DNA from: Chiloscyllium plagiosum
Lineage: Eukaryota
Reading direction: 5' to 3'
Assembly (NCBI RefSeq): GCF_004010195.1
Contig: NC_057718.1
Span: 91,775,134 to 91,837,954 of the forward strand
Length of the DNA: 62,821 bases
Shown here: piece after piece, positions 13,125 to 26,381 of the stretch
How positions within the stretch are numbered: position 1 is the stretch's first letter
How the letters are laid out: each line of letters opens with the position of its first letter
The notes under the pieces: generated by a model
Database searches by the model: none
Told to the model about the DNA's origin: nothing
The model's input: only the letters and a program-made list of their open reading frames with translations
Position numbers and translations under genes: made by a program

Positions 13125-13413
13125 TTTTTTTTATAAAACCTTAAGTTATCTCGAGAAAGTGACTTCATAGAAGTTCTGGGATTTACATATTAATGAACCA
13201 AAACCTGCAACCCATTCGAAAAGATGAAAGACTTAACAGCAATCTAGGTTTGTTCAATATATCATTTTAATTGCATGACACTGTGATCGTTTGCTATACA
13301 TTGTACCTTATGATCCTGCCCCAATTGTTATCTGATGAAGGAGTAGTGCTCTGAAAGCTAGTACTTCCAAATAAACCAGTTGGGCTATAACCTGATGTTG
13401 TGTGATTTTTAAC
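13125..13413 (+). mobile_element. Penelope-like 3' end / pseudo-LTR, second family
   Basis: Hammerhead core followed by AATAAACC..TTGG.CTATAACCTG.TGTTGTGTGATTTTTAACT. Confidence 0.55.
13326..13366 (+). ncRNA. Minimal hammerhead ribozyme motif, second family
   Basis: CTGATGA (13332-13338)-A-GGAGT agt GCTCT-GAAA (13353-13356)-G-CTA. Confidence 0.6.
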
Positions 13414-13429
13414 TCCCTCAACAGTGGCA

Positions 13430-14260
13430 TGGAAACTGTGGAAAAAAATCTCAAGGAGAGAATTAATCTTGACTTGGAGAGGCAATGGTTGATCATTTAG
13501 TATGGCTTTGGTCAAGGGAGATAACGCCAAGCAAATGTGGTTAAATTTTTCGAAGAGGTGATCAGATATGTGGATAAGGGTAGTTGATGTAGTTTATATA
13601 GATTTCAATAATGTCTTTGACAAAATCCCACTGGAGAGATTGATAAAGAAGGAAAATGCACATAGATTGAGGGTAAGTTGGACCCAGAATTAGCTTATTA
13701 GTAGGTGACAAAGGATGGTGCTAGAAAGACGTTTGTGCGACTGGAGGCTGATGTCCAGTGGTGTACCACAGGGGTCAATGCTGGATCCTTTACTGTTTAT
13801 GATATATCCAAATGATACAGAAAAAAATGTGGGTGTGTTAATAAAAAGATGACATGAACATTGACCAGGTGGATGACCGCAAGAAAGAAGGTCTTAGATT
13901 ACAGAAGGATAGACACAGAATGGTCAGATGGGAGGATCAATGGCAGATAGAATTTAACCTGGATAACTGAGAGGTGATGTACCTTGGAAGAAGTAACAAT
14001 AAAAGGGAGTACTCAATGAATGGCAGGATACTCGGAAGTTCAGGGTAATGGAGGGATCTGGAGATGCTGGTCCACAAATATATGAAGGCAGCAGGGCAGG
14101 TTAAGAAAGAATATGGGACTTGTTATACAGAAGCTGTACAGGACTTTGGTTAAGCCACAGCTGGAGTACTGTGTGCAGTTCTGGGAACCACACTCGAGGG
14201 GGACACGATTGCATTGGAGAAGGTGCAGGGGAAATTCACCAGGATGCTTCCTCGGATAGA
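13430..14260 (+). mobile_element. CR1 RT fragment
   Basis: DVVYIDF..FDKIP, SGVPQGS, LVKPQLEYCVQFW-type codons. Confidence 0.8.
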
Positions 14261-14374
14261 AATAGACTCCGATATTGGAAAGTTGTCTAGTATATTTCAC
14301 TGAGTGCCTCCAAAGATTTTCATTGTCCTCAATTTACTAATTCTTTTTTACTTTTAAATAGATTTATGGCTTAC

Positions 14375-15170
14375 CTTCTTTCCCAAGAATTCATCCCCAT
14401 GTCATTAAGAAATAGTCTGCAGTAGTAAAATTGTGCCTGAGGTTCACGATGAACAGATTCTTTTTGATTGGTCACACTCATGCAATGATCTCTGCTCCAC
14501 TTACGGATGTATTCCTCTTCACGACTGTTCTGTCTGGTTATGGCATCTATGATATTTCTTTCTTGATCAAGATTCATTCCAATTGGTAATGGTGCTGGCT
14601 CACTCAGTCCCAGCTGTGGATGTGGTAGGCATTCTGGACTACTGTTACTTAAGTTTTCAAGCAACTGATCGAGATCATCGTGCTCCATTTCATGAGAAAT
14701 GCAGTTTGCGATTACTGGGTCAGACTGACCATCAGCAACAAAAGTAGTATTTGAATAAAATGTATTACAGTTTTTCACAGCAGTCATCTGATTGCTGAGG
14801 GGGCCATATAGAATCTGAGCATCCCAAGAATATTTTCCAGAGATGTCACGCACAATTATCCTCACACCTGAGGCAGGAATCTTTGGTTCACTGTTAGAGA
14901 TTTTTTCACAGAAAACTGTTTCTGTAGGAATCTGAAGGTAGGAAATTATGGTGCTGTCATTGAGTACAAAAAGTTGCAAATTTGGGCTTTTGAAAACCTC
15001 AGCAGATAGGTCTGATGATTCAACATAGGGGTTGTCATGGTTCTCAGTGACGAGGCTATGAAGTACAGCAGGACCTCCACTGAGCGGGTAATGACCTAAA
15101 TGATTTATTAGGTGAGCCATTACCATGCGTGCTGTAAGAGGGATCCAATCCAAATTTCTTTTCTTCTTAC
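14375..15170 (-). CDS. RALGAPA2: RALGAPA2 large exon, 796 nt, phase 1/2
   Basis: gtcacag|GT...AG|gtaagc; ORF 14371..15282 with LTARMVMAHLINHLGHYPLSGGPA, SPNLQLFV, VRIIVRDISGKYSWD, GMNSWERR; ARMVMAHL and IVRDISGKYSWD fit the alpha-2 paralogue better than alpha-1 as recalled. Confidence 0.93.
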
Positions 15171-15254
15171 CTGTGACAAATGTTAATAAAGAAATACGTA
15201 AACTGCATCTATCATTCAATGCCATTTGAAAAGACATGAAATAAAAACTGGAAG

Positions 15255-15445
15255 AATTGTGGATACTAAAAATCAGAATCAAAAACAGGAGTTGCTGGAA
15301 AAGTTCAGCAGGTCTGGCAACATCTGTGGAGAGAAATCAGACTGTTCAGAGGTAGGGTCACCTAACCCAAAACGTTTACTCTGATTTCTCCCACAGATGC
15401 TGCCAGGCCTGCTGAGCTTTTCCAGCAACTTCTGTTTTTGTCTCA
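15255..15445. mobile_element. Fold-back (palindromic) Penelope-derived short element
   Basis: ~60-bp imperfect arms (CAAAAACAGGAGTTGCTGGAAAAG... / ...CTTTTCCAGCAACTTCTGTTTTTG) around a degenerate hammerhead-like centre. Confidence 0.75.
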
Positions 15446-15859
15446 GAAAAGATGCTAAGCTTATATTCTTTCCCTCTCCCTTCCTTCATCACTGCAGGTA
15501 CACATTATGAAATGCATAGTTTCTCCCCTGGCATGACTTCTGCACTTCATTGATCAGTCCAAGTACACGGTGTGTAGATCTGACTTCTGGGTGAGAATAC
15601 AGATATTGTCCACACCTCAGAGACCAGCAGCTCTAAATAAGTCCATCTGTCTATTATCATAAAGCAACAATTAGATGACGACCAAACTCAAAAGACTAGA
15701 GGATTCTGAAAGTGAAAGAAAGTGCACATATTTGCAGATCTCCTTTGACTTACTGTGAGTCCCCACCATTTTCTTGATCTCAAATCTACCCCCACAACTA
15801 AAATTCTGATCTGACAGGGGTTCATGAAGAAGATACGTCAACATTTTAAACTTAGTATT

Positions 15860-17085
15860 GCAGGACCATGAAACCAGCTGTAGGGAATGCCCTTTCAGTG
15901 GTGAAAAGCCAACTACAGAGTGGCTTCTAGAGGAAGTGTGGAGTGAACTTCTAGAGAAAGTGGAGGATGCAGGACCAGGTACAATGGTTAAAAAACATTT
16001 CGAAAAAGTACATGATTAAGAAATGTTTGGAGGGATATGGGCCAGGAGCAGACAAGTGGGACTAATTTGGAATAATGGTCAGCATGGACTGGTTGGACCG
16101 AAGGGTCTGTTTCTGTGCTATATGACTCTATGACTTACTGCTCTGGTATTCAATGCCTCAACTAATAAAGATGGCCCTCTAATCATCTGTATTTCCTTGG
16201 GTCCTATCATGCAACATGTATTCAATTGTTTTCTTAGTGCGCCCAAAATGCATCACCTTACACTTTTCCACATTAAATTCAATTTGCCACTGTTCTGCCC
16301 ATTTGACCAGCCTTGTACACTGTCTTATTAGCTAAGGCTTTCCTCTTTATTACTATCCACACCACCAATTTTAGTGTCCTCTGCAAACTTATTAAAACCT
16401 CCTACATTTGTATCTCGGTCAGTGACATACAAGACAACACTGAACACGAAAAAGGTTCAACAATCACCCTCTGCCTCCTGCCACAAAATCAATTTTGGAT
16501 TGGACTTGCCAAAATGCCTTGGATCCCATAGGCTCTTAGCTTCTTAATAAATTTCCCATGCTACGCTTTATCAAAAAAGTCTAACTAAAGTCCCATCAAC
16601 TACATCAACCTTTATCTACACATTTACTTAGTCACTTCAAACTAACTCAATCAAATGTCTTTGTCTGGCAAAACCAGGTTGACTATCATGGAATAATCCC
16701 TGTTTCTCAAAACGGAGAACTTGTTGCAATAGTTTCCCCACCACAAATGTTCAACTCATAAGCCTACAAACTTATTGATTTATCCCTACCACCAGTCCTG
16801 AAGGGTACCACATTAGCTGTTCTCTAGTATCTCTCCTGTGGCCAAAAAGGATTTGAAAATTAGGATCAGGGACCTTGTGGTCTCCTCCCTGGTCTCCCAC
16901 AACATCCTGGGATATATCTTATTTGGGACTGGGGTTGAATCCAATTCTAAACCTGCAAAAGTCACTTATACTTCCTCACTCTCAATTGTAACTTGTTCAG
17001 GTTTATTACAGTACTCTTCCCTGAGTTCTATACCTACATCCTCCTTCTCCATAGTAAATACAAATGGAAAGTACTCATTTAAAAC
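15860..17085. mobile_element. Two degraded CR1 fragments (+ strand 3' end 15860-16135; - strand 16180-17085)
   Basis: 3' tail GAAGGGTCTGTTTCTGTGCTATATGACTCTATGAC, then antisense RT-region remnants. Confidence 0.6.
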
Positions 17086-17745
17086 TCACTCTTCAGCTCA
17101 ATACAGAGTTGGGTTTTTGGTGTAAACTTGTGTGGTCCAAATTCCAATCAAAAATGCCCAGCACTAGTATGTATTCACATCTTCCCTACTGCTTTTTCAA
17201 CAACACTATGATGGTAATAATAAAATACTTATTTTGATTGTATAAATTGACTGTGCAACATAATGCGTTTATACTATGTAAAACATACTCTCAGACTCCA
17301 TATATAAATTTGAAGATTATAAGACGTGTTTAAGTTTACTCATTTGTAAATATATTTAACAAAACAATGAATAGTTTATTACCAAGACTGGCTTTATAAT
17401 GTAGCTGCCTTATGAGCTTGGCAATCATAAAAAATACAAACTGAAATTTTCTGATGACTGCTGCATGACTGGTATTAACCCATTTATTTAACAAGGTTAA
17501 CGCTGGCATTGAAAGAAGGCTAAATGAAAAATCGAGGCAATATAGTCATGAGCACTTACTGAGTTAAAAATAAACAAGGTCTGTGACTGTATTGGTGCCA
17601 AACCATTGAATGCTTTCATATATTAGTATCTACAGGAAGAGGGTTTGTAAAAGGGCTCTTTTAACGCTCAAGAGCTTCTCGTCAGAAATTGCACTAACAA
17701 GTGCAATTCAGGGGGAAAAAAACATTGCAAATGTGAAATACTTAC

Positions 17746-17929
17746 TTTCAGTGACAGTAAGAAGGCTGCCAAAATCCTTAGGGACATATGAATGAACAGG
17801 TTCAGAATTCTTGACATTTCCCAATGTCAAAAATGGATCATATTCTGTAGACGAGACATCAGCAAGAGTCAGCAAGTATTGGCTTTGTTGGGTGAAGAGG
17901 TGAGAACCATAAACACAGGAATGCAATAC
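17746..17929 (-). CDS. RALGAPA2: RALGAPA2 exon, 184 nt, phase 0/1
   Basis: tttcag|GTA...A|gtaagt; [61 protein letters not shown]; within ORF 17708..18061. Confidence 0.93.
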
Positions 17930-18781
17930 CTGAAAAACATAAGACAACAAATGGATTGAACAAATCCTACAAATAGTTACCACATGATTTGCTTCATCAA
18001 GAAACTTCACAAGCTCCATGACACTGTGGCTCAACATTAATTCATTTTGCAAATAGCACACTGAAAAAAAAAATCACCGTTTCTCTTTTCTGTCAATCTA
18101 ATGTTGTTCTGCTCCTTCAGGAGCTAATTAAAACCAAAGCTAATGTATAGTGACTAATCATAGTTAAGTCTGCATCTAGTAATTATGAGGTTCTGCCATA
18201 GCTTTTACAAGCATGTGAACAATGCAAAGTTCATCTTTAATTAAATAAAAACGAGTTGGGTTCTTACTGTGGCAGCTGGTGGAATACTACAAAAAAAAAT
18301 ACAAGCTGCCTTTTGCATTCATGAATAGTGTCAATTTACTACTCATTATTTTGAAAAGTCAAGGCATACAAGTCTTTTAAGGCTCTGGATTAAATTAGAT
18401 TACAAAATATTTTAATATTGTGTTGGATTTTCCTCTGGAATTTAAATATTAGAACCATCTTAACGAAGTTAGAAAAAAATTGAAAGATTTTGAAACAAAA
18501 TGTATCATGAATAAAGTGTTATTAAAAATAATTACATTCCAGCAACTAGTTTTTTTTAAAGAGACATTTATATTTATTGGGATTCTCATGCTACAATCCT
18601 TTCATTGCTGAGTCTTGGGTGTAAATTCAAGGAAGCAAATGGAACATAAGACGTCTCTTGAAGGTGCAGGGAACAAAATGCCGGGAGAATGCAAAACTCT
18701 TCCTCTTCAGGTTAGCACTAAATTTAGAAAGGCACAACCAAAAGATAAATACAGTAGAAAATAAAATAAATGATACACTTG

Positions 18782-20210
18782 GTGACGATCAGTAAGACAA
18801 GGGTCCATGGTGTCATAGGCAAGGTGCTAGCATGGATAGAAGCTTGGCTGTCTGGCAAAAAGCAGAGTGTGGGATAAAAGAATCCTTCTCATGATGGCAG
18901 CAGTTGACAAGTGGTGTTCTACAAGGCTCAGTGTTGGGGCCACAACCTTTCACTTTATACATTAATAATCGAGATGAAGGAACGGAGGGCATTCTGGCTA
19001 AGTGTGCAGTCATACAAAGATAGGTAGAGAGACAGGTAGCATTTTAGGAGGTGGGGAGGCTGCAGAAGGATTTGGACAGGTTAGGAGAGCAGGCAAAGCA
19101 GTGGCAGATGGAGTACAACGTGGGAAAGTGTGAAAGTATGCAGTTTGGTAGGAAGAATAGAGGCATGGACTATTTTCTAAATGGGGAGAAAATTCAGAAG
19201 TCTGAAATGCAAAGAGACTTGGGAGTTGTCGTCTAGGATTCACACGAGGAAAACTTGCAGGTTGAGTCTGTAATTTGAGAAGACTTGAATATAAAAGCAG
19301 TGATGTACTTCTGAGACTCAAAGTCTCTGGTCAGACCATGGGTGGCACAGTGGTTAGCACTGCTGCCTCACAGCGCCAGAGACCCAAGTTCAATTCCCGC
19401 CTCAGGCAACTGACTGTGTGGAGTTTGCACGTTCTCCCCGTGTCGGCGTGGGTTCCCTCTGGGTGCTCCGGTTTCCTCCCACAGTCCAAAGATGTGGTCA
19501 GGTAAATTGGTCACGCTAAATTGCCCATAGTGTTAGGTAAGGGATAAATGCAGGGGTATGGGTGGGTTGCGCTTCGGTGGAGTGGTGTGGACGTGTTGGG
19601 CCGAAGGGCCTGTTTCCACACTGTAAGTAATCTAATCTAATCTAATCTAAACCATATTTGGAGTACTGTGCAGAGTTTTGGGCCCCATATCTCAGGAAGG
19701 ATGTACTGGCCCTGGAGAGTATTCAGAGAAGGTACACAAGAATGGTCCCAGGAATGTAAAGCTTAACATACGAACAACACTTGAGGACTCTGGGTCTATA
19801 CTCGATAGAGTTCAGAAAATGAAGGAGGATCCAATTGAAACATACAGAATACTGAATCGCCTAGACAGAGACAACGTTAGGAAGATGTTTCCATTGGTAG
19901 GACAGACTAGGACCCGAGGATACAGTGTTAGAGTAAAGGGAAGACCTTTTAGAACAGAGATAAGGAGAAACTTCTTCAGCAAGAGTGGTGAATCTGTTGA
20001 ATTCAATGCCACAGAAGGCTGTGGAGGCCAGGTCATTGAGTATATTTAAGACTGAGATAGAAATATTCTTGATTGTCAAGGGGATCAAGGGTTACTGGGA
20101 GAAAGCAGGAGAATGGGATCGAGAAGCTTATCAGCCATGATCGAGTAGTGGAGCAGACTCAAAGTGCTGAATGGTCTAATTTCTGCTCCTATGTCTTATG
20201 GTCTTACGAT
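18782..20210 (+). mobile_element. CR1 3' portion with SINE insertion
   Basis: SGVLQGSVLG, LQKDLDRLGE..WQMEYNVGKC, RTRGYSVRVKGRPFRTEIRRNFFS; tail CCTATGTCTTATGGTCTTA. Confidence 0.9.
19340..19650 (+). mobile_element. Full-length HE1/V-SINE-like SINE
   Basis: tRNA-like head with A box (TGGCACAGTGG) and B box (GTTCAATTCC), V-domain, (TAATC)4 tail, TSD ACCAT at 19335-19339 and 19651-19655. Confidence 0.92.
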
Positions 20211-23200
20211 CAGCGATATGGCAACCCTCCCACTATCAGATTTTGTTTGCACACTACTGAATAAACTTCTACTGAGTCATGTTCCAGCATCTGCTAAATT
20301 TAAGGGTCTCCTGTAATTACAGACACTGCTATTCTCCACTGTCAGCCTCTTATGAATTGCTTCCATTTCAAGATTTATAGTTTCATGATGGTTTACAAAG
20401 TGTGTAAATCCCCATTACTTGATTTTTAAGTATATGCTTTTTGTAATAAAAAACATTTCATAAAATAAAAGTTAATTTTTTCAAAAATTACCACTGTGAC
20501 TTTTGCAATAATACAAGCACAAGAATAAATTTAAGTTGAAAGACAAAACTACTTTTATGCAATATGCTGTTAGGATTGCAATAGCATTTTGGGAAGGTTT
20601 TCTGGAGTCACATTCAATCTTGCCTCACAGAAGAGTACTGAAGAGAGGGAAAAAAAAGTGCACAGACAGGATGGCAAGGGTGTCAGACTTCGATGAGTTG
20701 CCATTCTGAAGAGCTAGCATGGACCTAATCTGCTTCTTTGGTGTCATAACCATTCTGATTCTATTCTATAGTTAGGCTTGAATTTATTGGGTGCAGAAAC
20801 ATTGATCTATACTTTGTAATCATCTCTAATGCCCTACTTGTTGAGCCAACCCTCAGTTTATAAATCCCTGGTGTTCGTAGTCTCTTTATCCAGCCTCAGA
20901 TTCCTAATTGCTTACTCCTCCTCACTTTAGCCTGATTTCTCCTGTATACCCAGTTCTAAAAGAGCAGGTGAAACAGTATAGATATGAACTGGAGGGCAGA
21001 ATGAGAGGTCATGACATGAAAAGGGGCCATACTATGTTGCAAGGGAGATCGAATGTAATTTATTCAAGTCTGCGAAGGTTGAAAATTCAAGTTTAGTTCC
21101 AGGTCTGGGTGTGTTCAAAGAAGAATAAAATAATAAATTTACAAAATTGACATGCATTTGGGAATGTGATATTCATTGATCAATCTGGGGGGAATAGAGA
21201 AGCTGACATGGGATAGTTGTAAAAGCCAGTAGGGAGCCTTGCTTACAACATATTACAAATCAACAATTCAGTTGTGGCTACTCATCACTTTCGAATCAAA
21301 ATACAAAGGAAACTACAGATGCTGCAAATCTTGAATTTCTGATTTGTACCACCATAATGTGAGGCTCCCTGCTACAATGTAGATTTATAAGTGAGAAGGA
21401 GAATCAGAGAAGTAGGAGAACCAAACAAAATGTAAGAAAAATGAGGAGCAAAATAGCTGGAGTCAAGGAGAAAGAAGATGCAGAAAAAGTATTCGTGTGC
21501 GTGTCCAAGAGGTTAGTCACAGGAATAGGATTTAAAAATTATTTTACTGAACATTTGCCTTTACCATGGAATTTTTTATTAGTTATAACATCACTTTTGC
21601 TTCATGCCATCTCTTTAGTAAAGAAATACAATAACCACTAATCTTTTCAGTAAGTTATTCTTCAAACTTAATTTCCACCAACTTGCCCCTAATAATTAGT
21701 TCAGTGATTACACACTTGAGGTTCACATTTCAAAAACAAGCATGAACGCCTGGTTAAGGGACTCTTGTGGCACATTGGTAATGTCACTATCTCTGGGCCA
21801 GAAGATCCAGGTCAAATACCACCTATCATGGAGGTGGATTATAACACGCTTATTCAAATGGATTTAAAAATATTTTTGGACTGCTGTTTGTCTCCTTTGC
21901 TAAAGAGTGTTGCCAGGCCTATATAATAGCTATAATACATATTGCACAGAAGAAAATACAAGGGATAGTTTCTTAAAAACTTGACTAAAAGAGATGGACA
22001 TCTGTTTAATTTACAACAAATGCTCACTTTGATGTAATATGCAACAGAGACACACTGCCATAATCATGAGATATACCTGCAATTCATTGACACCAATTTA
22101 TAAACAGGAGCTAAAAAATAACATTTTGTATTTTTACACAGCACTTTTTCACTGAGCAACGGATATCTCAAAATTTTTACATCTAATGAAGTCCATTTGA
22201 AACATAATCACTGTTGGATTGCATGAAACACAGTGTACAAGAGTAATAGTAAGATGCTTATAGCAGCATTGCTAATAAAGATATTATGCCGCTTAGATTG
22301 TTAAAAATACCTTTTTAGTTATAAAATAGTCTTTAGTTTTGGTGTCAACTCCTACCAACAATTAAAAATGTCCCTTTAAATACAATGGCCCACATCATCT
22401 TAAACAGAATGGACACAAGGTGGGATGTTGGTATTGGGGTTTGGGATTGAAGGGGTTTAAATCATAGCGGTGACAGTGTTGGGTTTAAGGGAACCTGGTT
22501 GGAGCAAAATTAGTTGGCTGTACATTCCAAGTACCAGGGAAGGGCATTGGGTTTGGTGGGGGTGGGGGATTGTCAGTTTAACATTCTCCCAGGAAACACT
22601 GTAGATTTTAATTCTACTAACTGTTAATGTGTAGATTTTAAGCTACGTCAGCCAGAACCCTTCAAAGCCTCTGATTCTAACCCAGAATTGGGAATTGTTT
22701 CAGTGTCTTCCAGAAACCTGATAATTGCCCAGTTGAAGCTCCAACAGACAGGTCGTTCCCTGGAGTCCAATGCATTGGGACCTGTGCGTAGGTGGAAGCA
22801 ACAACCATCTTCCCATCAGAAAATCTGAGCCCCTTGGGTTTTCCTATTCTTGTAATCTACTTGTTTGACAGTATTCCATATTAATTATGATTATCCTTGC
22901 TGTCTATGCTCAATTTAAACCAACTATTGGTTGGCATTAAGGGCCTTTACACAAGAACTGTTGAAAATCTGTAGTGCGAGGCTGTTCATTATTGCTGTAT
23001 TAGTGAGAAGACATCACAAACTGTGTACATAAAATCAGTGAGCTGATCCATTATCCAAGATTCACTAATTTAAATGAATTGATTGTGCTCCCTGCACATA
23101 TTAGCTCTTAAGACCTTTGAGATAATCTCAATGGTAAGTTGCAATAACAAGATGCAAAACTTCACTAGCGTTCAAGCTGTTGTTCAATTATCTGTCAGCC

Positions 23201-24567
23201 TTTTCAAAGGTGAGTGGGAAGAAAGAAGTTACAAACTGAAGCAAAGGAAAGGAAACCCAACGCAGAGGGGAGGCAGAGTTGCAATGGTAATGTCACTGGA
23301 CGAGTGATCCACAGTGCCACATTGTTCTGGGAAGATGGGTCTGGATCTGAACATAGCAGATTAAGAAATCTGAAGTCAATTAAAATCTGGAGCTAAAAGC
23401 TAATCTAAAGCTGACCATGTAATCACCTTTCAATTGCTGCAAATGGATATCTGATTCATGAATAAGGAAGAAACCTGCCTACATCAACTCTAGACGCACT
23501 TCAATGGAAATGGGCAAGCCACTTAAATACTGATCCAGCAACACCAGTGAACAAGATGGCATACTGAATCTAATGAGTGCACAGAATTCACATTTATCTC
23601 GAAAAACCAGACATCACAACAGCAGTATGGAATGCTAATTTGGCACTGGCTGTGCCATTCTGAAGCTCAATTTTCCAGCTAACACTCTCTTCATCTTGGA
23701 CAGCTCAACGCACATTCAATAGCTTTAGATTAGTTGCTTTATTCTTGCTTTGAGTTTACAAGGGTCTGGTGATTCCTATTGTTGTTTTCAGTTGCAAAAG
23801 CCTCGAGTGTGTGGTAGGACAGGTGCTGAAGGAGATTTTGCTGAATTCAAAGGTTCTGCACAAATCAATTCTGCCCAGACATGGACGCACTAGCAGAAAC
23901 TCTCCTTATACGAGTGCATAACTTGAATGAAGAGGTCATGCAGAAGTCAATACTGAATGGCTGGGCATGGAAAAGGAGATAAAAGGACAAAGATTCTCAA
24001 ACGGGCGGACATAATCACTCAAGGCATTCATGGTGTAATTCTCAAGCTCGGGTAGGAACAAATATGTGAGCTGTCAGTACTTTGGCAATAGTGATTTCAC
24101 CAAGATTTCCACGTGCTGCAGTCACAATTGTAAAGTCGCAACAAGACAGAGGCCATTTTGCCAGTGTCATAAAAGTGACAGCGTGCATGAACTTATAGAC
24201 GCTTGGCTCCATTCAACTTGGAGCTGGATATATTTGCACATTCTTGCCTCCACTGTTGCAGAAAGAACAAAGAACCATCACCATTTAATTCTCTTGCCAG
24301 ATAGAGACAAGGAGGAAACGAAGCATTCGACTCAGCAGGAATTTCATGCTTCCCCATGGTACACCGTGCCACTGATTATATGCAAATTACTTTACAGACA
24401 ATATGTGCTAACTCTGCCTTCCACCAGAAATGGAAAAGATTTGGCTCACTCACTGCCCAGCTAATGCATGATCACAGACATCCTGATAGTAGTAGTTTGC
24501 TGTGTCAACTTTCACCAAGCCATCAACACAAACAGAAGGATGGCTACTTGACAGCATTGACTATCTT

Positions 24568-25147
24568 CTGGATTAGCAGTGCTGGAAGAGCACAGCAGTT
24601 CAGGCAGCATCCGAGGAGCAGTAAAATCGACGTTTTGGACAAAAGACCTTCATCAGGAATAAAGGCAGAGAGCCTGAAGGGTGGAGACATAAGCTAGAGG
24701 AGGGTGTGGGTGGGGAGAAAGTAGCGGCGGTGAAGGAGGCCCAGGACCTCCATGTCCTCGGCAGAGTGGGAGGGGGAGTTGAAATGTCGGGCCACAGGGC
24801 AGTGTGGTTGATTGGTACGGGTGTCCCGGAGATGTTCCCTAAAGCGCTCTGCTAAGAGGTGTCCAGTCTCCCCAATGCAGAGGAGACCGCATCGGGAGCA
24901 ACGGATACAATGGAAATATATCCCTGGTGGTGGGGTCTTTTTGGAGGTGGCGGAAGTGTCGGCGGATGATTTGGTTTATGCGAAGGTTGGTAGGGTGGAA
25001 GGTGAGTTCTGTCCTTGTTACGGTTGGAGCAGTGGGGTCTGAGGGCGGAGGTGCGGGACGTGGACGAGATGCGTTGGAGGGCATCTTTAACCACATGGGA
25101 AGGGAAATTGTGGTCTCTAAAGAAGGAGGCCATCTGGTGTGTTCTGT
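24568..25147 (-). mobile_element. Penelope-like element, internally deleted
   Basis: Antisense CIRCSRCGLLCIG/TGHLLAERFREHLRD (GIY-YIG remnant); pLTR with degenerate hammerhead at 24623-24660. Confidence 0.82.
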
Positions 25148-25449
25148 ATCTCTGCCGTTGAAGGAGAGCATTCCATAGGCCTTCTTTACAATCTTATCTA
25201 CCTGTACTGCTATCCTTAGCAGAGTGGTATCAAGATTGAAGTTGGTCTGCTGTGTGCTACGTAGCTGCGTAATCATGAGATAGCAGCCTATGCCAGCAGT
25301 TGTACAATGAGCAACTGAAGAGAAGAAGTATACAGAAAAGCAGTGGAAAGACAAGGGATAAGGCTTAGAAGAGTTGCATAGTCCTTTGTCATCCAGGTTC
25401 TCCATGTAGAACTAATTCTACTGTGCCTGAATAATGTAAGTAATTTCCT

Positions 25450-25745
25450 GGAGGACAGGTTAGTGGATTGGGCACAAAAGTGGCATAGGGAATTCAACTC
25501 TGATAGGTGTGAGATAATGCACTTAGGGAGGTCAAACAGTAAATAGGACTATGCAATAAACAGGAATACATTGAGACGAGTAGATGACAGATACATTGAG
25601 ATGCAAGTGCACAGGTCCCTAAGGGTAGCAGTACAGGTAGATAAGATTGTAAAGAAGGCCTATGGAATGCTCTCCTTCAACGGCAGAGATACAGAACACA
25701 AGAGAATGAAATAATATAAGATACTAATGTGGCCACAACTGGAGT
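25450..25745 (+). mobile_element. CR1 RT fragment
   Basis: DRLVDWAQKWHREFNSDRCEIMHLGR, VKKAYGMLSF. Confidence 0.75.
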
Positions 25746-25835
25746 TTGGGTTAGTCGGAGGAGAGGGAGGAGAAGAGAGACAGAGAGAGGCACAGAGAAA
25801 CTGACAGAGAAAGACTGTAAGGGGGTTACAAGCTT

Positions 25836-26381
25836 TGAATTGAATCATTTACTGCCACATGTATTCTACTTAAAATAGTGAAAAGTGTGCACCATCACCA
25901 TGCATGGTGCCATTCACATTGACTTAAGATAAAATAAAAAGTAAAGCAAGATAACAAAGAAAATCCAACTTTTCCTTCTCCAGCTATACATGGCTACACC
26001 AGTCCACACCATGCCACCAGAGTTGCCACTTTGGGCTTCCCAAACCATGCCATGCCGCTGGCAAAGTGCCCAGAATGGACATCTGCCCATGGCATGCTGC
26101 TGCCAGGGGTCCACTCCATGTGGAAGCATTAGCCCTGCTCCAGACTTCACAGGCCGGCTGACGCTGTAGCCATGCTGCCTCTGAAGACATCAATGCCATT
26201 CCAGAGCCTGTCAAAGCTGACCTCCTGCTGAAGAACTCTCTTTATCAGGTAAGTTTGAATAAAAAGTAATAAAACAGAGTTAAAAAAAGGGGAAAAAAGA
26301 CAAAGAAGAAGAAAAAGCGGACAAAGAGGGCAAGCTCGGGCACAGGAGCCTGGATGCTGCCTACTCCACCGCCACCATCTT
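25836..26381 (-). mobile_element. Non-coding element, same family as 50873-51455
   Basis: Antisense AAGATGG..GAGTA head, pyrimidine tract, tail TACATGTGGCAGTAAATGATTCAATTCAA. Confidence 0.55.

Noticed and set aside
15171..15282. N-terminal extension of the 303-aa ORF as a single-exon gene
   Set aside because: It is intron read-through; a proper acceptor at 15171-15172 and phase match with the upstream exon explain the ORF
19340..19410. tRNA gene
   Set aside because: A/B boxes belong to a SINE head that continues into the V-domain and tail
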